Source of the DNA: a virus
Lineage: Duplodnaviria; Caudoviricetes
Reading direction: 5' to 3' (one strand)
DNA length: 64,000 nucleotides
Virus record (IMG/VR): IMGVR_UViG_3300033121_000954
Location: 1-64,000 of that record
How positions within the stretch are numbered: position 1 is the first letter of the stretch; each line of letters opens with the position of its first letter. Under the pieces are notes generated by a model that had not been told where the DNA came from, ran no database searches, and was given only the letters and a program-made list of their open reading frames with translations. This document shows positions 28,706 to 37,318 of this stretch, in pieces. The translations under genes were made by a program, and so were the position numbers.

Positions 28706-29515
28706 TTAAATATTTGTGGCGAAATCTGTTGTTTTTGCAAATTTTGCTCCGAGTTGTTCAGCGCGATCATAAATTGCCTGCACTTGAACATAGAAATCTG
28801 ATGGTAGTCCCGGAACGTCACTCATACCATCTGTTAGAATTACCAGTTTTGAAACCAAATTTGGGGCTTCGTCACACAATTGTCGCAATGAATTTGCTAC
28901 ACAATGCGAACGTGCCTCTCCCGTAAAATATAACACGTCCATAGATTGCAATTGTTGCAGCAAAACTTGATTGACCTGTGTGGATGGGTCATTTGCTTGC
29001 GGAATATTCGCCCGAAATGCCCCAAAATGCTCAGTGAAAGGGTTACTTCCTTTTGTCACAAAATTAACAAACCGACCAGTAACTTTTTCAAAATTACTAA
29101 TTGCGTTTGAAATGCTCGGATGAAACGCATGACCCGGAGTACCAATTTGACAATGGACTGGCCAAATGAAGTGAATATACTCACCTTGTGAAGTGAGGTC
29201 TGTCACATATTTTACAGACAATGATGGATGTACTGCCGGATAATATTTACCACTCGTCAAATCCTGTGGTAAAATTGCAGTAAATGGGTCAACAAATGAA
29301 CCATCAGCCTTTTTCCACCAACTTGGATGTGCAATGTCCAATTCGTGGTGGCTGTCTTGTGTAAAAAACAGCGAAGTAAATTGGTCAGCAAACTTTGTGA
29401 GAAATTTGGAGACTCGCTGTGCATCCTCGTTTGCACCGGGTACAGGTAATGCTGAACCGGGCAAATCCATGAAATCCATTTGGTAATCAATACCAAAGAA
29501 GCCTATTTTTTTCAT
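28706..29515 (-). CDS. Nicotinamidase / isochorismatase family (start revised to MKKIGFF)
   Basis: IDYQMDF, TQDSH, WPVHC, TKG, GEARSHCV. Confidence 0.88.
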   Translation of the reverse strand: MKKIGFFGIDYQMDFMDLPGSALPVPGANEDAQRVSKFLTKFADQFTSLFFTQDSHHELDIAHPSWWKKADGSFVDPFTAILPQDLTSGKYYPAVHPSLSVKYVTDLTSQGEYIHFIWPVHCQIGTPGHAFHPSISNAISNFEKVTGRFVNFVTKGSNPFTEHFGAFRANIPQANDPSTQVNQVLLQQLQSMDVLYFTGEARSHCVANSLRQLCDEAPNLVSKLVILTDGMSDVPGLPSDFYVQVQAIYDRAEQLGAKFAKTTDFATNI

Positions 29516-29540
29516 TTTTAAAAATTTAGTGGTTAAAAAA

Positions 29541-29996
29541 CTATACGCCATAAGTGGCGTAAAATACTTCTTCGTCAATAAAATACACCTCATGTCCACC
29601 AACTGGACATGCGTAAAATCCACCTAATGTCACGGTCATTTGCTCTCCCCACGATGCAATAAATGAGGGAATGTAATTATCAGAAACGACTTGAATAGCA
29701 TGGATTTTACCATTTGCTGATGCGGTTCCATAACCACTCCCGTCTTCTGGCGCAACGGTTATAACTGTGTATTTTGATGCAAATTTATCCGTGTCAACCA
29801 AATACTCTTCATTCTTAGGACCAACCATTACCACTTTTGTAGTGCATGGAGCAAAATTGGATGTCTCCAAGTTTCCATCTACAATTGTGTTAATGCGCTC
29901 GCCCGGGATTCGGTATTTGAATACACCAGATTTGGTGTAAACGGGGGATTTTTGAATTGGCGGTAATAGTTTTTGACAAATTTCTTGCTGTGTCAT
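29541..29996 (-). CDS. PGDYG-like hypothetical protein
   Basis: GPKNEEY, ASWGEQM, YFIDEEVFYATY. Confidence 0.6.
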   Translation of the reverse strand: MTQQEICQKLLPPIQKSPVYTKSGVFKYRIPGERINTIVDGNLETSNFAPCTTKVVMVGPKNEEYLVDTDKFASKYTVITVAPEDGSGYGTASANGKIHAIQVVSDNYIPSFIASWGEQMTVTLGGFYACPVGGHEVYFIDEEVFYATYGV

Positions 29997-30409
29997 GCTG
30001 TCGGTGTGAATAATTTTACAATATTGTTGTATTCTTCAATTGTGATTTCTTCGTATAAAAATTCAGTTTTTGAAGTGATATTGAGTGATTTTCGTTTCGC
30101 CTTTTCATTAAAAAACGACAACTCAATTTCTAAATTAGATGATAAGTTCATACATTTATCCACGCCGTAACTATATCGTTTATACGTCGTACCATCATCC
30201 AATCGGGTTGAGGTTATAGTGCTTTTTATAAATAAAGCGTAATGGATTTCACCATCCACACACAATTTAAATGATTTACGATTTAAACCATGAAAACACC
30301 TACGAATCAATGTTTCTTGTTCACAGTCCCATCGCTTACTGGCGAGAGGGATGGTTCTGGACATCCGATCATGCACTTTTAGTAATTTTGCGCTATCAAA
30401 TTTTTTCAT
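29993..30409 (-). CDS. Hypothetical protein
   Basis: 138-aa coupled ORF. Confidence 0.6.
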   Translation of the reverse strand: MKKFDSAKLLKVHDRMSRTIPLASKRWDCEQETLIRRCFHGLNRKSFKLCVDGEIHYALFIKSTITSTRLDDGTTYKRYSYGVDKCMNLSSNLEIELSFFNEKAKRKSLNITSKTEFLYEEITIEEYNNIVKLFTPTA

Positions 30410-30749
30410 GTAAAAATATTTTCGCTGTGAAATTTAAATTGTGACGGGGACTGTGATGGACTGGGTATTGCGTATTTGTTTTGCATAATTATCCCCTTTT
30501 AATAACCGGATTGGGATGAAGTAAAAAATTATTTGATCTTTTTCTTGGAGTGATAGTTCATGGTTGTAAAATCATTGATTGAAGAGTGGGATAGTTTAGT
30601 CATTCGCCTCTCCAAAATACCAGCCAATGAGAACGCCGAAAACAAGACCGACAAATAAAACAAAGGTCATCATGTCCATAAGTAAATGATTGGTTTTAAA
30701 CGATGAATAAATAATAACACAGCGAACAAAGCACTAACTTTCATGTTTC

Positions 30750-31793
30750 CTATACGTCGCACATCGTCAGTGCATCTGTTGCCTGCTGTTTGTTTACGCT
30801 TCCGTTCAATGACTTGTTTTGTAACCGTTTATTTCTTATTAGAATTCTGAAATACGGACATTTCCCTTCTATTGATAAGTCTTTATCATCGTTCCCTTTT
30901 CTGAATTTAATTATTTCAAATTGGTCAGGATTAAATTTATGTAGAAATGTTATAGGCACTCCCATATATCCGTCATAGTCTAATGGTATGTCCTCGGTTT
31001 TATCAACGTTTATACCGTCATAATTATCATATTTTGGATATTCGGCTTCGTTCCCAAAATATTTTTTTGTGAGTTCTATATCTTCGTGCCTTTTGAAGTT
31101 GTCTATATTTGTCAACCATAAGCAATTGTTTGGTGATACTATTCTATTCCCATTGCTATCTATTCTTGCCTCTGTGCCATAAAGTTCGTAATGCTCAGGC
31201 ACTATAAACCCTGAAACACCTCTGCCAAGATTAATCCCTAACCATGCTTTATTTTCTTTGATTAGTTTGAAAATTTCTTTATAGGTTATTGCATTTATAT
31301 TACCAATAATCAAATATTTTTTGTCGTACTTAACCAATTGGCCTATAAATTCTCTAAATAATGAAAACGGTGGGTTGGTAACAATAATGTCCGACTGCTT
31401 CAACAATTCAACACTCTCTGGGCTGCGAAAATCTCCATCTCCATTAAAGTAAATAATATCAGTTGAACCTGGGTGCTTTATCTCACCTTCTGTTCCTGTA
31501 TATTCATAAAAAAAACCATTCTCACCTTTTTCTGAGTTAAATAAATCAATTTTTTGTTCTTGATAGCAAGCCGCAATCAATTTTTTTAGTCCTAATTCCT
31601 TGAAATTAGATGAAAAATATTTGAAAAAATTGCTAATACGAACATCATCACAATTACAAAAAACCACCTTATCCTTAAAGTGATTTTTATAGTGCTGTAA
31701 TTCACTCTCTATGTCACAAAATTGCGTGTAGAACTCGTCACTTTTTGACTTTTTTGCTTTTTGCAATAATTTATTCGTTGCATTTCTTGCCAT
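30750..31793 (-). CDS. ecoRIM: Adenine DNA methyltransferase, close M.EcoRI homolog
   Basis: MARNATNKLL.KAKKSKSDEFYTQ, GDGDFRS, TNPPFSLFRE, GRGVSGFIVPEHYELYGTEARIDSNGNR, GKCPYFRILI match M.EcoRI as recalled. Confidence 0.92.
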   Translation of the reverse strand: MARNATNKLLQKAKKSKSDEFYTQFCDIESELQHYKNHFKDKVVFCNCDDVRISNFFKYFSSNFKELGLKKLIAACYQEQKIDLFNSEKGENGFFYEYTGTEGEIKHPGSTDIIYFNGDGDFRSPESVELLKQSDIIVTNPPFSLFREFIGQLVKYDKKYLIIGNINAITYKEIFKLIKENKAWLGINLGRGVSGFIVPEHYELYGTEARIDSNGNRIVSPNNCLWLTNIDNFKRHEDIELTKKYFGNEAEYPKYDNYDGINVDKTEDIPLDYDGYMGVPITFLHKFNPDQFEIIKFRKGNDDKDLSIEGKCPYFRILIRNKRLQNKSLNGSVNKQQATDALTMCDV

Positions 31794-31802
31794 AATTGCC
31801 CT

Positions 31803-32003
31803 CTATTTAGTCTTAGTTATTTGATTAAACAAATCACTTCCCAACACTTTAAGAGAAGTTTTTGAAATTTCAATCATGATATCAAACATTTCCTTGTTGT
31901 TCCACTTTTCTCCTTTTCCTTGCGTGTAAATAGATGTTGCTTGAAGCATAATCGTCTTGTCTTTATGCTGAACAAATTTATTTTCGCACAAATACATTGA
32001 CAT
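31803..32003 (-). pseudogene. ecoRIR: C-terminal remnant of EcoRI-like restriction endonuclease
   Basis: LCENKFVQHKDKTIMLQATSIYTQG.G..W...MFDIM.EIS.TSLKVLG.DLF.QIT matches the R.EcoRI C-terminus as recalled; directly upstream of the MTase as in the native operon. Confidence 0.8.
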
Positions 32004-32089
32004 CTCGGGGATGAATAATACGAGTTCTTAACTACTTCGGAGAGTTTAGTTACCTTCCCATGAACGTCGCCAACGAATGTTAGTTTCAT
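32004..32089 (-). pseudogene. Truncated metallophosphoesterase 5' end
   Basis: MKLTFVGDVHG motif I only, then the EcoRI-like fragment begins. Confidence 0.6.
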
Positions 32090-32352
32090 AATTCAGATAT
32101 AGATGTAATACTTGATAACGACCCAATTACCAAGTCCTTAAAAAAGGACATTTTTTGAGACTTGGTTAACGCATTTGGAGTGGCAATTCGTTTGGTATAA
32201 CATAATTTGCCCTCCATCAAATATTGGAATGTAAATTTACTGGGGTCAAGTTTATATCCATACAACACCACCTCAACATCATTGTATTGAGGATAAAATT
32301 TGACAAACACCTGCGGAGCAACATTGTAAGTTTCAACTTTTACCTTTTTCAT
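32086..32352 (-). CDS. Hypothetical protein
   Basis: 88-aa ORF. Confidence 0.65.
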   Translation of the reverse strand: MKKVKVETYNVAPQVFVKFYPQYNDVEVVLYGYKLDPSKFTFQYLMEGKLCYTKRIATPNALTKSQKMSFFKDLVIGSLSSITSISEL

Positions 32353-32364
32353 AATTGTTCTTGT

Positions 32365-32577
32365 TTATATTGAATAATATATGTCGTTAAATGTGCATTC
32401 AGTATTCAATAGTGATTCAAGATAATTTTTAACATATTGATCATTGGTTGTTTGAATGATCTCCATATACACTACACGAGTGTGAGTCTGTATGTCATTG
32501 TTGAATAATACACGCTGCCCGTACTTGTCAACAACTCTACTATTTGCTTTTTTAAGTTGTGCAGTGGTGAATTTCAT
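32365..32577 (-). CDS. Hypothetical protein (start revised to MKFTTAQ)
   Basis: The longer annotated start overlaps the promoter. Confidence 0.6.
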   Translation of the reverse strand: MKFTTAQLKKANSRVVDKYGQRVLFNNDIQTHTRVVYMEIIQTTNDQYVKNYLESLLNTECTFNDIYYSI

Positions 32578-32602
32578 AATCTCGTTGTTTTTAATTATGC
32601 AA

Positions 32603-32654
32603 CAAAGATACGAGCATGAGGAATACAATCCAAATCATTAACAATATATTAACA
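32603..32654 (-). promoter_or_regulatory. Bacteroidota-type promoter
   Basis: Minus strand TGTTAA-N5-TGTTAA-TG-ATTTGG-N19-TATCTTTG. Confidence 0.8.
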
Positions 32655-32664
32655 TTGAGATTTT

Positions 32665-32937
32665 TTATTTTTCAAAAATATAAATTTCGTATGATTCGTT
32701 GTATCGTACATACGAATGGGTTGAAACTAACCGATAGCCGTTGGCATAGCGGTCATATACCATTTCGGTCATAGTTTTCCACTGCAACGTTTTTTGTTTT
32801 TCGTTGTCCCAACCATAGATATACGGGTCTTTATTTACATGACGCTCAACCTGCGCTATATAAACCTGTTTATTCGGAGTTTGGAATGCTGTAAATACCA
32901 ATCCCAAAAATGCGAGTAATAAAACTAAATTTTTCAT
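32665..32937 (-). CDS. Hypothetical exported protein
   Basis: N-terminal signal peptide. Confidence 0.65.
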   Translation of the reverse strand: MKNLVLLLAFLGLVFTAFQTPNKQVYIAQVERHVNKDPYIYGWDNEKQKTLQWKTMTEMVYDRYANGYRLVSTHSYVRYNESYEIYIFEK

Positions 32938-33142
32938 TGTCGTAAAAATAAATTTCCCGAACGAATGTCGGATGTGAATAATTTGAAAATATACCGATCC
33001 AATGTTGGATCGGTATTGTTGTGAAATTTTTAAATTTGCAAATGAGTATTTACATTGCGAAAATACAAACTTTGCATTAGGTATGGATGTTGTAAAATTG
33101 CGGCAAATAGCAGAGCCGAAATGGATAATGGTATATTTGGAT

Positions 33143-33349
33143 TCACTTGCTTCTGAGTACTTGTTTAAAAAAAATGTTTGAAACTACCATGTATATTGCA
33201 ATGTACAGTAAAATCACACCAACCCATCCTACCGAAAACATTTCGTTTATTTGTTTGCCGAAATACGGTTGCAATATTAAAACATTCAGATACACATCAA
33301 TTAGTATGGAAATTAGTAAAATACTAATGTCAATTAGTTGTCGTTTCAT
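33143..33349 (-). CDS. Small membrane protein
   Basis: Two hydrophobic segments. Confidence 0.55.
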   Translation of the reverse strand: MKRQLIDISILLISILIDVYLNVLILQPYFGKQINEMFSVGWVGVILLYIAIYMVVSNIFFKQVLRSK

Positions 33350-33485
33350 ACCAACCAGTTGAATATGATTATAATTAACATAATAGTCATCAAACAGCCA
33401 CCACCACGTTTTTGTTTTGGTGGAATATATCCATTTTTAGGATAGGTTTGAGTATGTCGCTTGATAGTGTATCTATATCGTCCCA

Positions 33486-33941
33486 TTATTTATACAACAA
33501 ATTAAATGTTACATAATTTCCAAGTGAGTATCCCACAAAACTCGCGCCCACTCTCAATGCGTATTCCTTCCAAGATACTTTTTTGCCGATTGTGATAGAA
33601 CACCCAGCAGCAAATCCAAATACTTGAGTACTGGATGCCAGTAAATGCTTTGCATCTGTAAAATGCACCGGGACATTTGCGCCAAGTATTTTCTTGCGAC
33701 CCAAATCTGGATTACCGCCAACATACTTGTTCCGCCAACTAACTTCAGGATTCCAAAACTGCGGATTTGCTTTTGGAAAACGGGCGCTAAATTCGCCCCA
33801 GTGGTGCGACGTTTTTTCATGCAAGCCCCAAGCAGCCCCACTGCAAAAACTAAGCGTAGCGGGCAAAATAAGGGCATTGTAATTGATTTTTTGCCCAAGT
33901 AAAAAGGTTGGAAAAAGTAGAAAAATGATAAAAGGTTTCAT
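33486..33941 (-). CDS. Hypothetical membrane/exported protein
   Basis: Signal peptide; FWNP..SWRNKY, FTDAKHL. Confidence 0.7.
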   Translation of the reverse strand: MKPFIIFLLFPTFLLGQKINYNALILPATLSFCSGAAWGLHEKTSHHWGEFSARFPKANPQFWNPEVSWRNKYVGGNPDLGRKKILGANVPVHFTDAKHLLASSTQVFGFAAGCSITIGKKVSWKEYALRVGASFVGYSLGNYVTFNLLYK

Positions 33942-34225
33942 AACTGTTTTTGAATTTTATGAATGACTCGCACATCGCATTTCTTTTGTGATTTGCGTTT
34001 TTTATAGCGGAACCCCAAAATATCCGATGTGGATTGTTTGGCAGGTTTAAAATCGTATGTTTCAAACGAACATGAATATACAGCACCATTCCACCCTTCA
34101 TAAATACGCGAATGGGATTTGCTTTCCTCACGGAAATTCAAACAAAATTGCGTGAAGGGGTTGGTTGGACTTTTGAATTTATTCGCAGCCCACTTCGCAA
34201 CTGACTTAAAATAATGATATTTCAT
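33938..34225 (-). CDS. Hypothetical protein
   Basis: 95-aa coupled ORF. Confidence 0.55.
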   Translation of the reverse strand: MKYHYFKSVAKWAANKFKSPTNPFTQFCLNFREESKSHSRIYEGWNGAVYSCSFETYDFKPAKQSTSDILGFRYKKRKSQKKCDVRVIHKIQKQL

Positions 34226-34350
34226 ATTTCAAATTTGTTGATTTAAAAAATGCAATCGCATCTTCAAATTGTCCACTGGTCATTGGGTAAACCGTGTGTG
34301 TATAATGCCACTTCGTTGGAGATTCCCAATAAATTGGCAAAAATATTCCG

Positions 34351-34839
34351 TCAGTATTGCAAACTTTTATAATCATCACCTTTAAGTTTTTTTAATACAT
34401 CCTTCAAAATTTCAGTTGAAACCTTACTGGTCGTATTGACGCTTTCAAACACAATTTCCAATATTTTCTCGGGTGCGAATCTTTTAATGGTTGGCCACAT
34501 ATCATGTAATGTACCCAACACCAACGCTTTATGTTCAACACTCATACCATCTGAAACTTCAGCAAATAAATCAATGACCTGACTTATCTTGGATATGGAT
34601 TGTTTGGCAACTATTGGTGTATATCCGATGATTGGATATAAGTATCGTTGTTCACACACGTCAACGACTAAGTGATAATTTGCATCCAACCAATCGTTTT
34701 GTTGGTCAAATGCGGAAACTGTGTATGGGTTGTTCAAAAAACTCAATTCCTTTTCCTCAAACTCTGGAGTTTCAAAGGTATGGTTAAAATGAACCACTCG
34801 CCCATGATCCAATGCTGATATTTTAACTTTGAATTTCAT
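34351..34839 (-). CDS. Hypothetical protein
   Basis: 162-aa ORF. Confidence 0.65.
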   Translation of the reverse strand: MKFKVKISALDHGRVVHFNHTFETPEFEEKELSFLNNPYTVSAFDQQNDWLDANYHLVVDVCEQRYLYPIIGYTPIVAKQSISKISQVIDLFAEVSDGMSVEHKALVLGTLHDMWPTIKRFAPEKILEIVFESVNTTSKVSTEILKDVLKKLKGDDYKSLQY

Positions 34840-35125
34840 AAAGTATTTGCGCGTATTGTTCCGGATTCAATCTATCCATGCTTCCAATATGCCATTCGAT
34901 TACTGAATCTGGGTGATTGGTAGGTGAAGATGATTCCTTCCAATCGTAAATTGTAAAAACTGTCCCATCCTGTAATTCAAATTGCCACTCACAAGTGACC
35001 TTTTCATCATCCCAATATTCTGGTTTCCCAAATACTTTAACCATCGCATTTAATGATGCGATGATAGTTTGGTTGTGAAATGAAGTTCCATTGGTTGATT
35101 GGCGGGTAGGTTTGATGTTTTTCAT
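34823..35125 (-). CDS. Conserved-looking phage early protein
   Basis: NGTSF, FGKP, KVTCEW, FTIYDWK, WHIG. Confidence 0.75.
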   Translation of the reverse strand: MKNIKPTRQSTNGTSFHNQTIIASLNAMVKVFGKPEYWDDEKVTCEWQFELQDGTVFTIYDWKESSSPTNHPDSVIEWHIGSMDRLNPEQYAQILYEIQS

Positions 35126-35145
35126 GTCGTTTAAATTTTATGCAA

Positions 35146-35198
35146 CAAAGATACGGATGTCAGGTATTAACTTCCAAATCATTAACAGTATATTAACA
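35146..35198 (-). promoter_or_regulatory. Bacteroidota-type promoter
   Basis: Minus strand TGTTAA-N5-TGTTAA-TG-ATTTGG-N20-TATCTTTG. Confidence 0.8.
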
Positions 35199-35240
35199 AA
35201 ATGCCCTAAGACTGACGGGAGCGGGGGTTGGAGGGATTGA

Positions 35241-37196
35241 TTAATCATTTATAAATGATAGCAGATATTCATATTTCTCGCCTGTGCCCTTATTGAAGTG
35301 GTCAGTATTTGATGAGATGAAATATTCAACACATTCACCTTTAAAAACATCTCGCATAGATTTTGGAATATTGACTACTAAATTCGGCAATGTTATCAGT
35401 TTGGTAATGAATGATGCTTTCCAGTCATCAAAGTTCAAATATTTGACTGGGTTTGAATAAATTTCAAGATCAAAATATGGAATACTGGTAAATGACAAAT
35501 CAACATTTTGAATTGAAGTAATATCAAAATCTTCAAGTTTACAATTGTGCAATTCAACGTCTGTAAAATTTTTAGATAATTCAAGTAATTCATTAAACGT
35601 TTCAATATTCGGTTCACATCCAATATATTTTCCAGTTGGATATTTTGCCTTGAAACCAAGAAGACGACCACCAAATCCACAACATGGATCAAAAACAACA
35701 GGCTTTACAGATTCACCTAAAAAGTGAGTATATATGGATGCTGCCAATAATGGCTTGAAGAATGATACTGCATGTCTTGTAACTGATAATCCTCTTACTA
35801 ACTGGTGCAAACTAAAATCAAATATCTCGCTTGAATTATTTAACCCGATTCTGTATTTAATCACTCTTTCCATTGTCTTATCATCTTCCCATGCTTCAAT
35901 TGGGGATTTTCGTCCTTTAAATGAAGATTTCCAATATGACTCAAAATTAGACTTCAAATATGAATTGCCAATTGAATAGCAATTCGCATTGAAATTATTA
36001 CCATTGTGAATTGCAGTCACATCATATTTACTAATTGTAGATATTACGTCGGAGATTGTTTCTTCTGTTGGGATTGTTGGGAATTTCGGTTGGAATATTC
36101 TAACAAATCTTAAAAAGATTTTCCAGTATTTATTTAGATTATCTGCGCCACGTTTGTCTATATATTTTTTCAGATATTCCTTCGTAACAAATTTAGTAAA
36201 AAAATCAAAGGTAAAATCTTGCTCATATGACAATTCCCATATATCTTCAAAGGTAATTGCCCGCTTTATTTTTTTTAACTTGGTGGTACTAATCCTGATT
36301 AATTCATATTCTCCAAACTGCTTTACAAGATTGGTCTTTTTAAAATCATTTTGGACTGAATTTAATTGAGTTATTGTCATATTACTCATGTTAGACATGT
36401 GGTAGGCGACACCATCTATTTCAATTAAATAATTGTGAAATTTTATATCAAATTCATGCCCATTGTATATGACCTTCTCGCCCCCTAAATCATTCATTGT
36501 TTTTACTTGAATCTTAGAATCTCCTAAATTATGCTCATTCCGCCAATTTCTATCAGTAAATTCGCATTCATAACCATATCTATCTAATTTAGTCTTTTTG
36601 CCTTTCTCAATATTTACATAATCTTCATCTCCAAAATTCTTTAACTTTGTAGCCTTTATTTGTGCAATTCCTTCAGGGGTTGATGTGAATGTTTTTGCAC
36701 CATATATTCTCAAATTAGTTTCCACCATTTTGGCAGTATTGCGGTATTTCTCATCACCATAATTTTCTAAAAATGTTTGCTTCGCCTTTTCTAAATTATT
36801 ATATCTGGGATCTCCGTGGTTGGCTAATTTGGTTTCAGCAATCTTGACGATGGATTCTGGAAGTTCCATTGGATTATCAACGCCGTAATTCCTTTGAAAT
36901 GTTCGCCTTCCACCTTCTGCAATTTTCTTTTTAGTTTCCTCAGTGTGTAATTTTCTTGGGAAGTGGTTCTTTGTATAATCACTAAAGAATGTTGGTTCGT
37001 AACTAAAAAATTGCATTACAGTACCGCATCCACATTTGCAAAGTGGATTTTGGTCATTAAAATAAAAATGAACTACATACGATTCGTATGAATATTCCGG
37101 ATGGTGCTTTTTAATGTGATTGATTAGTCTGTTTTGGGTAGAGTGTTCTACGCCGCAAATTTTGCAATTTAAATCCTTTTCCATTTTAAGTTTCAT
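35241..37196 (-). CDS. Zn-finger / HEG-type repeats / PD-(D/E)xK-like nuclease fused to an amino-methyltransferase domain
   Basis: CKICG..H..H, CKCGCG, HTEETKKKI, YGVDNP, FDIK..YLIEIDG.AYH, then FDPCCGFGGR and FTSIPYF. Confidence 0.75.
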   Translation of the reverse strand: MKLKMEKDLNCKICGVEHSTQNRLINHIKKHHPEYSYESYVVHFYFNDQNPLCKCGCGTVMQFFSYEPTFFSDYTKNHFPRKLHTEETKKKIAEGGRRTFQRNYGVDNPMELPESIVKIAETKLANHGDPRYNNLEKAKQTFLENYGDEKYRNTAKMVETNLRIYGAKTFTSTPEGIAQIKATKLKNFGDEDYVNIEKGKKTKLDRYGYECEFTDRNWRNEHNLGDSKIQVKTMNDLGGEKVIYNGHEFDIKFHNYLIEIDGVAYHMSNMSNMTITQLNSVQNDFKKTNLVKQFGEYELIRISTTKLKKIKRAITFEDIWELSYEQDFTFDFFTKFVTKEYLKKYIDKRGADNLNKYWKIFLRFVRIFQPKFPTIPTEETISDVISTISKYDVTAIHNGNNFNANCYSIGNSYLKSNFESYWKSSFKGRKSPIEAWEDDKTMERVIKYRIGLNNSSEIFDFSLHQLVRGLSVTRHAVSFFKPLLAASIYTHFLGESVKPVVFDPCCGFGGRLLGFKAKYPTGKYIGCEPNIETFNELLELSKNFTDVELHNCKLEDFDITSIQNVDLSFTSIPYFDLEIYSNPVKYLNFDDWKASFITKLITLPNLVVNIPKSMRDVFKGECVEYFISSNTDHFNKGTGEKYEYLLSFIND

Positions 37197-37202
37197 TATT
37201 TA

Positions 37203-37254
37203 CAAAGATAAATAAAATTTCGCGCATTTCCAAACAAATAACATTACATTAACA
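37203..37254 (-). promoter_or_regulatory. Bacteroidota-type promoter for the nuclease-MTase gene
   Basis: TGTTAA..TGTTA..TTTGG-N19-TATCTTTG. Confidence 0.7.
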
Positions 37255-37257
37255 AAA

Positions 37258-37289
37258 AAGGTCTTATCCGATTTCTCAGATAAGACCTT
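37258..37289 (-). terminator. Rho-independent terminator after major capsid gene
   Basis: aaggtcttatc...gataagacctt stem plus T-run. Confidence 0.8.
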
Positions 37290-37318
37290 ATAATTTATTC
37301 CGTCAAATTTAATACAAC

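Noticed and set aside
30715-30800. Possible integron-cassette-like repeat at the 3' end of the MTase
   Set aside because: Single partial copy with no clear inverted partner; cannot be supported from this window
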